Shown here one piece after another: positions 24,620-38,103 of a DNA stretch of 64,000 nt (its first letter is position 1; the number at the start of each line of letters is the position of its first letter). Source of the stretch: Raja brachyura (lineage: Eukaryota); assembly GCA_963514005.1 (NCBI GenBank), contig OY740807.1, positions 14,508,001 through 14,572,000 on the forward strand, given 5' to 3'. A program made the translations under genes and the position numbers. The notes below the pieces were generated by a model, which was not told the origin of the DNA, searched no databases, and worked only from the letters and a program-made list of their open reading frames with translations.

Positions 24620-24990
24620 GTTATATTTTAATTTGAACCAAGCTCGTCACTCCTGATTGGTTTACTTTTGCATTCATATCAAAATTATTAACCTTGATTT
24701 CAAATCTCAATCTGGCTTCGCTCCTCCTTTATAACTTTCTCCAACCCCAGAGGAACTCAGTGCCTCTCCAATTTAGGGCGGTTCACTTCCCTGACCTTAA
24801 GCACTCGTTCTCTGGGAGCTATGCTTTCACATATCTGGAATTCCCTCCTAATTTTCTTCCTTCAAGACACTCCTTACCTTTTTATTCCTTACTTTGTGAG
24901 ACTGCCCTTTAAATGTTGCATGACAAATGAATGGCTTGTGATATTTTACCTTAATGAGTTGAAAGAAATGCAAATGTTATTGCTGTTAAT
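24620..24990 (+). mobile_element. Old L2-like LINE 3' end
   Basis: Degenerate similarity to 13330-13620 and 58130-58435. Confidence 0.55.
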
Positions 24991-26669
24991 ACAGTAAAAC
25001 AGAATTCCTCAAAAGAGTTCCATAGGCTGGTTTGTATCTCCACGATAGGGGAAGCGGGACCCTGATGAACAGAATCATCATCAAAACATTTGTATTGTGG
25101 ATCAAGTTCAATTTTGCATGTCGCCACAGTTGATAATGTGTCTCACTCCTCAAAATGGCTCATAGAACTGTATTGCAGAAAGATATTGTTTTTGGAATAA
25201 GAATGAGAGTGACAAATGGCAGAAATAAAATTCCACAATAGCACTATGAAGGATGTTTAAAAAATGAATGAAAGCCTATTGGTTTTTCGCATGCTGAGGA
25301 AATCCCTGGATATTTATGTTATGATGTATAAGGCCATTTTATCTTAGACAGTGCAAAAAATATAATGGAAAGCAATATTAATCAGTTCAATGATATTGAC
25401 TGCTTAAGAACAAGGCACCCAAATTCAGCTGCAGTATTCATGGCTGAACACTTCCACCGCGACCAAAGAAATCCATCAAAAGCTGAATTCCTAATGGTGC
25501 TACAACACAATCATCACAGCGTCTTTAACCAAACATTGTTCATTTCATGATTTAAGGATTTTTGGATTCTGAAGAAAGCCACATGTAACACGAGCTCCTG
25601 CTGAGACCCAGGACCCACACACTGCTCTGGACAGCAGTGTTACTGGTTGTTGCTGCAAACAGCCAGACTGAATGAGAGTCAGCGATTTTCTGCAAGGATG
25701 ATCAAACAAGAGTGTAAATGCAATTGCCTGGTGAGCTAATAATACACAGAGAAGGAATCAAAGGGGAGTCAACATTTTGTGTTGGATGATGTGGGTGAGT
25801 AAAAAATGTAAGTGAATAGATGTGAGCTTGAGTGTACAAACATAAGTGATTGCACAATTCTGTCAGTTATCTGATATTTTAGTCTAAACTACTCCAGTTT
25901 TCAGCTGCTGCCACTGCATTCGACGACTGAAGGACAGGTTCGGTGATTCGGGGCAGGATTGTGATGTGACAGGGACACCTCAAGGATGCAAGCTGCCCTG
26001 TCACGGGGCCACTGAAATTGAGTTGCATTCATCCTGGCTACTGGCAAATGTTACCTCATACTTCTGATGTAAGCCATGTAAACATGGAAGGAGTGGGGTG
26101 GGACTGGAAAGAGCTTGGAGACTTCAGGAGGGTAGTTCATCCTGCTCTGGTTGGCTCCTCGTGGATTCAGTTTGACGTTACGCCTGTTGAAGGTGGAATC
26201 CCCAATAATGACGGTGTCACTGAAGATGAAAGGAGCTGACTGGAATTTCTTTCAAGATGGGCACCTATGTGTAATGAGTATTGATCAAGTCTATTGAGGG
26301 CTGGTACGAGATGGTCCATTTTCAATGGCAATGGCATTTTGACTGCCCAGAATGATTGTCATGGGCAATTGTATACAAATTCGTCAGGAGTTCAGTAGTG
26401 GCCATGACTTGAGCATTGGGCTAAAGCAGGCATTTGGGAAAAGCTGGGAAGGTTTTACTCTTCCAAGAATATGATGCTGCCTTTTACAAACAGAAAAGTC
26501 TATAAAGAATAAATCGTTCACTGTGACATTGAAAAATTATTGTAAAAAACAGTTGTTCCTGATGTAGCCCATTCAAGATCACAGAAGGACATGACATCAA
26601 CGCCCTTCCTCTCCTCCACATTCCCTTCTCAGTGATGCTCTATTTGGAATATCAAGACTGGCAATAGAT

Positions 26670-26790
26670 TTTGCACTTTGAAGTGCAGAATATAGTGTTG
26701 TAGCTGTGGAAAAAGTGCAGTTAAAAATGCAAAGGCCGCCACGAGGTAGATTGGAAGATCAGGAATATATCCTCAGCATTCACGAAGATC
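26670..26790 (-). mobile_element. Rex1/Babar 3' UTR fragment
   Basis: aaaagtgcagttaaaaatgc...gaggtagattggaagatcaggaat matches ~4930-4990. Confidence 0.7.
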
Positions 26791-28029
26791 GGAATTCATC
26801 CAGTGTGTGCGTGCATGGGAAGAATCGACAGAATGCCACATTTGTCTCGTCGGTCAACACAGAACCCACAAAGTCAGAGTGGAAGCAAGATATCCACAAT
26901 CCTGATGGAACGCCTGAGGCAATGATGGATAGAGCATTGGGACGTTTTTCTTACTTTGTTAAAGGGGCTATTAAATGGTTGCTGAGGGCAGGGAATCTTG
27001 AAGCTAAGGGCTAGCAGTTTTAAAATGACGGTGTGAATATTAGTGAATGAATGCTTCGCATGTTCTTCCAAAATTCCTTGCAGGTTATTTTAATGGAGGC
27101 AACAAACTGTACTAAACAGCATCTTTGTTTTAAAAGTGTTCAAAAGAATTTCACACCAACTTGTTCAGAGTTAGTATGTTAACATTCACATCCTCCGTAA
27201 TTTTAACATTCTCCGTAATTTTAGACTCTATGTTTCTTTGCACCTTATGTTAATGAAATCTAACAGGGTCCCATTATATTTGAATCTTTGTTGCATCAGT
27301 GCATGGCATTAAGGAGCAAGCGAACAGACCATTAGTTTAGTGATTTTGCTCTAGGCCTGAAATGACCGAGATTTCCCTGGAGTTATTGCTCCACAGTCTT
27401 CCTGTCTCACATAATCAATAATATCTGGCATTCCATACATAAAGGAGCTAAGCAACATATGCAATTCTCCAAGCATGCATTACGGAACTTCCTGAGCTTA
27501 TCTTGAACTATTCTGCTGGAGCAAAGCGGATGCACGACTCCAAAAAATCCAGGCGTTTCACAGGAGGGAAAGGGAAGCCGGTCTCAGCCTTGCAGGGAAC
27601 GCTGGCTAAACTGCAGCAGTGTCTGGAGACTGTTGTGGGGTTGTGACCTTCCTGAATGTTCATAAAAAGGGCCTCATTCATCATAATTCATCTCAAAACG
27701 TTAACCAAGCTAATGGGGTGATGTGTGAAAAGTGATTGGACGGTTGGAAATCTGTCTCCTGGCTCTGATGGAGAGGCTCTAATTGATTTCATTGTGGTAA
27801 ATAACCCGCCTGCACACAGCATCAGATCATTGCCTAACTGCATTTCAATTGATTTGCAGTAATCACTGAACATTTCTTTTAAATAGAAATGTTAAGAGCT
27901 TGGTGTATGGGAGAGCATAGAGCCTTGCAAAGATCAGAGGATAATTGGGGTAAAAGGATGATATGCTGCTTGCGCAGACAGGCAAGATATTTGTTATTTT
28001 TAATGTTAAACTGACAAACCATTCAAGAA

Positions 28030-28430
28030 TACACACAGAATGTTGGAGTAACTCAGCGGGACAAGCAGCATCTCTGTGGAGAAAGAATGGGTGTCATTTC
28101 GGGTCGAGACCCTTCTTCAGACTGATGTCAGCGGAGTGGGCGATAGAGAGATAAAATGTAGCCGGAGACAGTGGGACTGGTCGGAAAACTGGGAAGGGGG
28201 AGGGGATGGAGAGAGAGGGAGAACAAGGGCTACTTGAAGTTAGAGATGTCAACGTTCATACCGCTGGGGTGTAAGCTACTCAAGCGAAATATAAGGTGCT
28301 GTTCCTCCAATTTGCGCTGGGCCACACTCTGACAATGGAAGCCGACCAGGACAGAAAGGTCAGTGTGGGAATGGGAGGAAGAGTTAGTGTTGAGCAACCG
28401 GGAGATCAGGTAGGTTTAGGCGGACTGAGT
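28030..28430 (-). mobile_element. Penelope-like element 3' end (GIY-YIG endonuclease C-terminus, UTR, hammerhead motif)
   Basis: The minus strand translates PDLPVAQH/NSSSHSHTDLSVLVGFHCQSVAQRKLEEQHLIFRLSSLHPSGMNVDISNFK* (one frameshift). Downstream is CTGAAGA-a-GGGTCtcGACCC-GAAA at 28090-28123, with the cleavage triplet mutated. Confidence 0.9.
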
Positions 28431-28657
28431 CTCCAAATCATAAAGGAAATTCGATGGTTTCTCCTCTTCGCTGAAAATTAAGGGCTTTCTTCTACAGTCT
28501 GAAACATTTGATACCTGAAAATTCTCTATAGCATAATTGCTAATTCTTGACTTCTCGCATCATTTTCTGTCATCTTATTGCCCATCCGTATTTGTACCTG
28601 TGGTAGTAGTGAATCCTCCTGAATGTCTTTGGTCCTTTTGCCTAAAATACTCCCTCA

Positions 28658-29985
28658 GAGATGGCAGAGGTGTAGCGAGTAGAGTTGCTGTCTCATGGTG
28701 CCAGGGACCCGGGTTCAATCCAGACCCCGGGTGCTGTCTGTGTGGAGTTTGCATGTTCTCCCTGTGACCACGTGGATTTCAACCCACATCCCGAAAGCCA
28801 CATGAGTTTGTAGGTTAATTGTCCTCTATAGTTTGCCCCTAGGGAGTGCATGCAAAAGTGGGATAATGTAGTAGTGTGAATGAGTGATCCATGTAGGTAT
28901 GTTACAAAACTTACCCTGAGCAGCGCTGCAGTTCTGCTGCTCCCCGTGTGCGTGACTTTGGCGCCTTTCAGAGGGGGGCGGGCTTAAAGTGCCGTTTTTC
29001 TGCAGTCTGGGAAAATCGATCCATGTCGGGCGATTTCGTTGCGGAAGAAAAATCGCTCCGACATTTCATTCATGAAGGTATTTTTAAATTACGCTAGATT
29101 ATTTATTAACTAGAGTAATTTAATAATCACCTTCAAAAGCTGTGAGCGCCGACAACGGGAAGGATTTTGCGTAGGGGAGAAAAAAAGGTACACAGTTTAT
29201 TTTTATATTAAAAGTTGGTTTTTAGGGAGGCTTTAATCACATTTTCATGTTGCGAAATGGGGTCCAAAAAAATGTATGAACCAACAGTATTTTTCCTCCC
29301 GACTTCACCGTAAACCGCAACGTTCCAATCCACCGCATTCCACTAAAACCCACTCGCTAGTTGATTTAAATGGCCATTAATTTACAGGCATTAAACACTA
29401 AATTCCTTCCATTTGGCCTAGAAATTAATGAAAATGAGATTTAAAGATTATGTTATATTGCGGATTATTGTGTGAATGTTATTTGGACACTTGGGCAATT
29501 TAAAAAAAGTTTATCTTTTCTTAAGAAATGGATAGATGTTTAGATCTACTCATTGAATTTTGTAATTAGCTACAATTCGATAACTAACTAATTATATGCT
29601 TTAATTTCAGGTCATCCAAGTAAGATTGTTTCATATTTGTTTCAGAATGCTTCAATCTATAATAACTGAAAATTTCATTGAGTTCTCTTAATTTTTAAGT
29701 TATGGGCTTTTAACTGTTCTAGATCACAGCTTTTGAGTTAATTCAATTGAAAGGCAATGGAGAACAAGATGCTAATTTCCGAGTATGAAAATGGTCATAA
29801 CTTTCTTAATACTGAAGATATGAAAGTGAATTAGGTGTCAAATTAAACTTCTTTTTATGCTTTATCTGATGGGATAAATTGCAGACTTGATTTTTAAAAT
29901 CCCAAAATTTTGTCACATTGCTAATCCATGGTCAGTGTGGTCGTGGTCGGCCAAATGGTCTTCTCCATGCCGTATATTTCAAGAC
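28658..29985 (+). mobile_element. HE1/V-SINE-like SINE split by a DNA transposon
   Basis: Head with B-box-like ggttcaatcc and a V-domain-like block to 28893. The SINE tail resumes at 29924. Confidence 0.85.
28894..29923. mobile_element. Non-autonomous DNA transposon, hAT-like TAG termini, 7-bp TSD
   Basis: Ends TAGGTATGTTACAAAA / TTTTGTCACATTGCTA (13/16 inverted match), flanked by ATCCATG at 28887-93 and 29924-30. No ORF. Confidence 0.88.
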
Positions 29986-30529
29986 AATTCAATCCAATGC
30001 TTTGGGTCAGAGTTCCACTGGCAAAGTTTCATAATTAATAAATAAAGCATGCTTTTTTTTGGTGAAAATACAAATCTTAAATACTGGGGAAGTAGGTAAA
30101 TAAAACCGCTGAATTAACATGCATGGTTGTAAGACTTTACCTGTTTAAGCCAGGAAACTGATGGGAACACTACAATTGACCTCAATGAGTTAGAAAAGAA
30201 CTCAGGTTTGAATTTCTGGATGGATATCATTGGATATGAAAGCGTAATGTTCATGGAATTGCTACAGCACAGAAGGAGACCACTCTCTACATTGAGTTTC
30301 CCAGATCATAGGGAGTAAGTGCGCTCATGCATATCCCAGCAAATATTTGACTTCTAAATATTTGTTCAATTTCCTTTTGAAACCCACAAGAGAATCCACA
30401 TCCATATTCACTCCATACTTGGACAGTAACTCCAGATTATTATCATTCATTGTATGAGAAAAAAACCTTTTCCTCAATCACACCTAGATGGTGTTTAGTC
30501 AATCACTTAAAAGCTATGTTGCTGGATTT

Positions 30530-30805
30530 AATAACACAGAGGAATGGACTTAGAGGTTGAGAGGCACAAATCCCGTAGTACCAATCGGGGAATACAACAC
30601 TGCACAGTCAATTAAATACATTTGGGGGAAAAAAGCAAGTCCTAATATCAGCCAGGGGCAAGGATCTGGCTTCAACCATTTGAGCAATGCAATGCTGCCA
30701 AAACCCAATGGATTTCCCAATATCCTTTAGGTAAGAGTGTCTGCTATCTTTACCCTGGTTGGTTCTTGTGTGACTCCCAATCCCCGCCAATAATGTTGAC
30801 TTGGG
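30530..30805 (+). mobile_element. Ancient Meta-SINE-like remnant
   Basis: aaaacccaatggatttcccaatatcctttaggtaagagtgtctgc...tgtgactcc resembles the recalled Meta-domain block. Confidence 0.5.
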
Positions 30806-31379
30806 AAGATATCCGCCAGGTGAACAAAAACAACTAATAATGACATAGACATTACTTTCAGAATATCCACAGGTCTCTTCTGTCCCACCAGAGATGGTTG
30901 CATAGTGGGATTATACAGGTGTAAATTTATGGTCTGAGTTTAGTGATTAAACTATCAACAGATCAGATTAAGCTCTACTGTCCTGCAGCATTCAGTTGCT
31001 AGGATTGATCACAAACTGAAATCTGATCACTTTTGGAGCAGTGCATGAAACATCTATCCTTTTGGAAGAGTGCTTAATAATGATATGGGTGCAGAGGTGG
31101 TGCAGTGGGCAGTTCCCTGCTGGTGTGCACCCAATCCAATTGTGAATGGTAGTAGACATTTAAATACATACTAATAACATACTAAGCTCCACGGACATTT
31201 CAATCCATAGTTACAGCTAAGCCGATAACATGAGTAAAGTATTTGCAAACATCTTCAGCTGGAATATTGGAATTAATGAATTATCTTGGTCTCCTCCTGA
31301 GATCACTCCAATGACAGCCATTGTGGTGATAAGACCTCAGGAGGTCAATAAATGGTGAAAGACACTGGCTGCAGCAGAG

Positions 31380-32710
31380 ACTGCACTTGAAGTCTTGTGT
31401 CCCAGAATCTATTGGCTCAATTCAGGGTTTTTCTGTAGAGCGTGATACTATAGCTTCTACCAACATTGTGAAAAATTACTCACATATTTGCAACCTACTA
31501 AAAGCAGGACAAATTCAATCCATTCATTTACCAACCCATCAGTCTACTCACAACCACTTACAGTGATAGGAGATGTCATCAGTGGAGTTCATGGAGCCTC
31601 TCACTGACCAGTGAATAGGTTGTTCCCACTCATTTTTAGTTTGGTAAGGAAAACCAAAACACCTTTCAGCTTTGGTCCAAAAATATTAATAAAAGACGAA
31701 TTCCAAGGGTGAAGGCAAAGTGATTGTGAATGAAAAGAAGGCAATATTTGACTGCATGCGACTCAAGAAGTCCTAGTAAAATTGAATCAGGGGAAAAACA
31801 AGAGCTGGAATCATACCTCCAATTTGATGGTTGTGATTGTTAGAGACCGAATAACTGAGCTACAGGGTATTGATCCTAGAGATATGGAGCGCAGGGCCCT
31901 GGATGCAGCTGTTTGGACATTGACCTTCGCTGCACCATATGGTCAGAAGTGGGTACATTCACACCTGGGTTCAGCCCCCTGGCTTGGCATGTAACACCAT
32001 CACTAAATCCTAAATTCCAATGGAACCATCTCAAAATACAATCTTCACTAGAGCATGTCAAGTGGCTTGAGATCGTGATGTGACTGACTCTAAAGCATTT
32101 CCATTATCCCCAAGTACAATCACATGTCAGAATTATGCTGCAGTTCTCCCAATTGGCCTGGGTGAATAAGGCTCCCACAATGCATTAGATAAACACAAAA
32201 AGCTGGAATAACTCAGCGTCTCAGGCAGCATCTCTGGAGAGAAGGAATGGGTGACTTTTCGGGTCGAGGCGTGAAACGTCACCCATTTCTTCTCTTCAGA
32301 GATGCTGCTTGCCCTGCTGAGTTACTCCAGCTTTTTGTGTCCATCTTTGGTTTAAACCAACATCTGCAGTTTCTTCCAACAATGCATTCCAGGACAAAAC
32401 AGCCTTACTGACTTGGGACCCCATGCACCACTCGAAACATTTACTGCCTTCACCACCAGTGCAGCATGCTGCAGTGAGCACCATCTGCAATGAGGCAAGC
32501 CTTGTTCAAAAGCATCAGGCAGACTTACAAGCTCCACAATTAAGAAGGACAAAGGCAACAGGCGCGTGATAATATCACCACTCCTGACTTGGAAATATAT
32601 CACCAATTCTTCATTGCTGTTAGCTCAAAAACCTGGAATTCCCCATATATCTGAAGCTAATTTTCAAAGGCAATTAGGTATGGGCAATAAATGCTGGTTT
32701 TGCTAGTTAC
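31380..32710 (+). mobile_element. Old CR1-group LINE ORF2 remnant to its 3' tail
   Basis: aaagcaggacaaattcaatcc...taccaacccatcagtctactc encodes KQDKFNP..YQPISLL, followed by a KA.FD-like motif and the tail ggcaattaggtatgggcaataaatgctgg. Confidence 0.65.
32187..32378. mobile_element. Penelope-derived inverted-pair insertion with 10-bp TSD
   Basis: Inverted arms of ~65 bp meet in the hammerhead region. Flanked by ACAATGCATT at 32177-86 and 32379-88. Confidence 0.92.
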
Positions 32711-33319
32711 AGGAAGCAGTTTGAGTGAAGACTATTCATCAGATGCTATCAGTGCGACATATTTTGGTCATTAATTCAGTTGCATACTGAAATACTATTG
32801 GATTCTGATGCACTTATGGGAGGGTAGCCATTTATGTAGACTTTTAAGAATGGCTGCAGGTGCATTCAAAATATATTTGAGTATACACATTCCTCTGCTT
32901 GTTTTTAATGAGAAAATAGGTCAGTTCAAAGGAGAAACAGAAAAAAATTGCAAAACCTTAATTAAAGAGGGAGAGTTTGGCAGAAAGCAATATGTGCAAT
33001 GCAAGTCTTCCATCACAGATTCCGAGGATAAAAATAATACGATGCTGAAAAATGCATTTATACAATGAACATAACACATTGCGATTCACTTTGAAGTGTA
33101 TAGTTCAGGAACTACTGAACTATAACACTCCAGGAGCATCTGTTTTTCAAAACCCTACCAGCCATTTTATCCTCTGGTAAACTTAGCCATTTACTTGATT
33201 AACAGTATTAATAATTCATGCAAGGAGTGTGTGTGATGGTTAAATGGCCTATTCTTGTTTTAATGCTACTTATTGCACGATCGTTATTAGGTAAGAATCC
33301 ATTGCATGAAGATTTATAT

Positions 33320-33515
33320 CTCGATGGGTCTGTTAGAACTCAACACCAGAACTTGAGCTGATATTCATGCACCGTTCGAAAGGAATGCAAGTAGCACTTG
33401 TCCTCTGATGTGATGTGATGCTAAGTCCACATCCTACTTATTTTTTCGGGTGAATATTCGTGAGTCTTGGTACTAGTTGAAGAACTGAAAGACATGCCTC
33501 GGTCTTGCCTAACAT
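33320..33515 (+). mobile_element. Ancient Deu-SINE-like remnant (a second possible one at ~8430-8520)
   Basis: Weak collinear resemblance to the recalled Deu-domain consensus; not verified. Confidence 0.4.
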
Positions 33516-33799
33516 AAAACACCGACAATAATTCACGTTACCTCCCTTTGACTGTCGGTCATTGAAGGTGGAGAACCACTACTATATTTATCAAAAGCAG
33601 CTCTTTCCAAATTCAAAGACATAGTCAAACTCAAAGGTGGAAACACCTTGAGGTGTTTGACATTGTAACAAAGTGTGATATAAAAGCATTTTTTCCTGCC
33701 TGGAACCTGGTAAAGCTCCGCTGCAGCCACACCAATGCTTTGACATCCTTCTTTATAGGGGGTGCCCAGAATGCAGCACAGTTACGAACAGTGATTTAT

Positions 33800-34795
33800 A
33801 AAGAACGTAGAACACAGAACAGACCCTTCAGCCCACAATGTCTGCGTTGAACATGATGCCAATTTAAACTAATCTCATCTGCCTGTACATGGTTCATATC
33901 CCTCTGTTCCCTGCCCATTCACATCCCTGTCTAAAAGACTCTTAAATGTTATTTTTATAGTATCTGCATCCACCATTCCCTCCTCTGTATAAAAAAGCCC
34001 TGCCTCACAATTCTCCTTTAAATTTTCTCCCTCACACCTTAAATCAAGGTCCTCTAGTATTTCACATTTCCACCTTGGATAAAGACTCTTACCATATGCC
34101 CTATCTATCTCTCATCATTTTTAAACTGAGGTTGCCCCTCAGCCTCCAAAGCGCCAGAGGAAACAATCAAAGTATGTTCAACGTTTTCTCGTAGTTAATC
34201 CAGGCAACCTCAAGTTTACCTCTTCAGTACCCTCTCTAAAGCCTACATATCCTTCTGTATTGTGGCAACCAGAACAGCATACAAATTCAAAATGTGGTCG
34301 AACTGAAGTTTTATGTAGCTACAATATAACTTCCCAAGTTTATTCTCAATGCCCTGACTGATAAAGGCAAACACGCCATTTTATCCTAACCACTTGTGTT
34401 TTTCACTTTTCGGGAGTTATGGACTTGTACCCCAAGACTTCTCTGCACATCACTGCTCTTAAGTATCCTGTTTATTGTATAAGCCTTTACTCTTAGATTT
34501 GACCTCCCAAAGTGCAACACCACCCACCTGTCTGGATTAAACCCCATCTAGTTCTCTGCCCATATTTCCAATGGGTCTACATCCTGTTGAATCCTTTGAA
34601 ACATTCCTCACAATCCATAACTTTGCCAATTTTTGCATTGTCTGCAAACTTAGTAATCAGTCCACCTACACTTCTATCCAAATCATTTTGTACATAATTC
34701 AAAAACAAACTAGGTACCTGCACCAAATCTACGGAACACCACTGGCCGTAGACCTCCAGTCAGAATAACATCCCTCCACCACTACCCTCTGTTTC
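33800..34795 (-). mobile_element. CR1 LINE RT-to-3' fragment
   Basis: The minus strand has the KFADNAKIG motif (~34623-34650) and the tail cagacccttcagcccacaatgtctg. Confidence 0.85.
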
Positions 34796-34805
34796 CCATC
34801 ATCCA

Positions 34806-34890
34806 CTTCAGTCTGAAGAAGGATCCTGACCTGAAACGTCACCTGTCCATGCTGATTGACTTGATGAGCTACTCCAGCACTTTGTGTCTT
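34806..34890 (+). ncRNA. Penelope-derived repeat with an intact minimal hammerhead core (34811-34843)
   Basis: gt-CTGAAGA(34813-19)-aggatcctgacct-GAAA(34833-36)-cGTC-ac. Predicted cleavage after C34840. Confidence 0.65.
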
Positions 34891-35824
34891 CTCTTGATTG
34901 TATGCACTGTGTCTCCATTATTATCAAGGATTTCCACATGGGTTTAGAATATATTTATCAAATTATTGTGTCACATTCATCAACATTAGTTGCCGTTTCG
35001 GCACATTCCAGGGGAGTTCATGTATGTGCAGCTTGCAAATGCTTTCAGACTCCTGCACTTCCTTGGGTTCAAATTCAGAGATGTTAACAGGAGGGGACTT
35101 GTAAACATAAAAGTGAGACCACATGGGAATGTGATTAAAACCTGGAGATCTGTGCCACATCAGGTTAGTGAAAGAGGTAACAGAAGGGAATAAGAATATC
35201 ATAGGGAAAACATCTGTTTCAAAAGTTAATCCTGTAAGGAGTTTGTGATTTATACTACCACTATCTGGGACAAAAACTATAATTTGAGAATACAGCGATT
35301 CAGTTACTTCGCCTTCTGATGTAGGACATTGCCACACACTTGCTTAAGGATTTCTACAATTATTTGCTTATAACTTTTCCATACCAGGGTTATTGACAAA
35401 ATGTCAAATAGAAGGAACTCCTCTGGTACATGGTTGCTTCTATGATGGTCTTTCTCCATCATATGTCCCTATTGTGATTTTCTTTCAATAATTGGACTGA
35501 GAGTTGTGGAAGAAGTGCTTTAATGGCTTGCAAATCTAACTGGACTTTGTGCAATCTGTTGCACCTGTTTGGTGCCTATGTTTTTCATTACTGTAATCTC
35601 CAAATCTATTTAAATTGTTAGAATGTGCCATCATGCTTCTTCATGAAGATCGAGCTGCTTGCACATTAAAGAAACCAGACATCCGGTCATTATTAAAATT
35701 TCACTTTATGGCAACAAACGCATTCATTCCAACCGCGGCAAACTTCTTTTGGGAATTTTTGCCTGTGAATCCTTGCTTAAAACATTAAAGGGGCATAAAA
35801 ACTCAAACAAGATAACATGTGCAT

Positions 35825-36092
35825 CAAGAAGAAGGTATAGGAGACCGAAAACACTCCCAACAATCATCAGGCTCTTGAGCACCACACAATACTAATCTCA
35901 TGGACTGTCTTTCATTGTACTGAGGGCTTTCGGGTTTTTTTTGCACTAGCATTGGGGTTATTCATTTATTGAATTGTTATTTATGATTTATTTTCTCTGT
36001 GTATTGTGTTTACAGGCCTGTTATGCTGTTGCAAGTGAGAATCTCATTGTTCTGTAGACAGTACATATGATAATTAAACACTCTTGACTTGA
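35825..36092 (+). mobile_element. Rex1/Babar 3' fragment
   Basis: Remnants of RRYR and IIRLL, and the tail gtacatatgataattaaacactcttgacttga. Confidence 0.7.
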
Positions 36093-38032
36093 TTTAAATG
36101 TAGGTTTAACTTTTCTTTTGTAAAATTAAATACGTTGCTACATTCACAGGGTCATTGATCCAGCCCTCTGGATTATCACAACAACAGTGAGTGTGTCGTG
36201 TTGTCAATTGAGACTCACGGAGAAAGAATCTGTCAATCGTTATTGGAAATAGGAACTAGAGAATATGAAGTGACATAGAGGGACATGCATCAACAACAAG
36301 GTCAAAATGTAAACCAGAGCACAATTGATTTGGAATCAAATTTGCCACCAAGATAATTAGTTTCTACTTTATGACACCTGAAGATCTATTGTAGTATTTT
36401 ATGACCCACACTGATACACAAATGGAAGCTCCTATGATTAGTCCCATGGGGGGGGGGGGGTCACAGATTTCATCCTCTCCCATACAACTGTGGTTCCAGT
36501 CTTAACATTGTCAATGACTGCACTTGTCTAATATATATGGCATATACTTTTTCTTCAGATAAGGAGTGTTAATCAAGGAGTGATCCAATTTTCTGGGGAA
36601 TAAAATGGGCTCATCTCCATCTTAAATGGACAATCCCTTATTTTCCATCAAGAAAACATCCTTTCCATATCCATCCTGTCATAACCTCGCACGATTATAC
36701 ATTTTGTACAAGTTCACTCTCATCTTATAAAATCCAGCTGGTAAACACTAAGCCATTTCAATCTTTACTCAGTCAACCAGTCAGCTGCTTCCAAAAGCAT
36801 CAACGACCTTTCTTAAATAGGATGACCAGTACTGTACATTACTAAGCACTTCCCAACGCACTATGTCCTCATTTTGAGTCTTTTGTCATAAGTGGCCCAT
36901 TGCCTCTGTAGGTAAGGACTCAATATTCAGACAGAGATGGCATCATCTCTTTAATTGGTATGATTTCAAAAGTCTACATAAGCACAGTCAGATCCAGCAT
37001 TTATGTAACACGAGTGTGCAGCACATGAATGAACCACCCTGAAAACATACTGGGAAATATTCATTCACGGGTACTGGAGCAACATTCTGAAGATAGACGA
37101 AGACCATTTGCTGGGTGAAATATGAGAAGTTTCAAGTTGGGTCGTACTACCCCACCATTAGTTTGGCATCTAAGACCCTTCCATTGTTGACTTGTTCAGA
37201 AGCTCCTTTCCAAGGCATGCCTAGTCCAAGCGCACATTACTGATATTCTTTGAATTTCTCCATCTGTAACCTTCAGCGGCCAATGAGCACCTCCATCCAA
37301 GGTCAGCTGAACCATTGAATTCCATTTGCATGTGGTCAAGTCGTTTTGTTTTTATACTGAATGTGGGGTCTTACTCAGAATTTAATTTCAAACAGGCTGA
37401 TTCTTCAAAGCTTCTGAACACATTCAGATTTTATTTCTTATAATCCAGCTCAATAAACAAATTATTATTTATTGTTGTGTTGTGGTTTGTGTGGAAATAA
37501 TATTGTTTAAAAGGAGATGGCATATGCCAGGTACATCTACAGCTTAATAATGTAAGGGATTTCTGGGCTGAGAATCATAGAACGATAGGGCTTAGCAAGG
37601 TGCTAGTTCCACATGTGCCAGCTCTTTAAAATGAGCCTTCCAATCAGTATCATTCCTATGCCCACATTACCTGGTTCTGCAAAATCTTCCCTTTCCAACA
37701 TTTTGAAAATAATTACTGAATCAGGTTCCTCGATCCTTTCTGTCAATGAACCACATCACAACAGGTGCTTTCTGGGGCAGGGGTTGGGAAGGGGATCATT
37801 TTGCAATGTGTTTCTGCTGTTTACACGAGTTTCCATGTGATCTTGATTGGTGATTTTAGGTTTCAGTGTCACCTTGAACGTTCCTTCTCTCAGTGCTAAT
37901 GGGTATTGGATTTCCATGGGTCAAAGTGATGCTGCATTTTTCAAGGAGATTTTGAGAATATCCTTTTACTCCCCTGGTTATATTCTCCTATATAATACTC
38001 AAATGGGTTTGTACACTGGCCATATATTTTGC

Positions 38033-38103
38033 AGAAGATAGACACAAAATGCTGGAGCAACTCAGCGGGACAGGAATGGGTGACGTTTCGAGTCGAGACC
38101 CTT
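38033..38103 (-). mobile_element. Truncated Penelope-derived repeat
   Basis: gacacaaaatgctggagcaactcagcgggacagg...gtgacgtttcgagtcgagaccc; the CUGA half of the core is missing. Confidence 0.8.
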
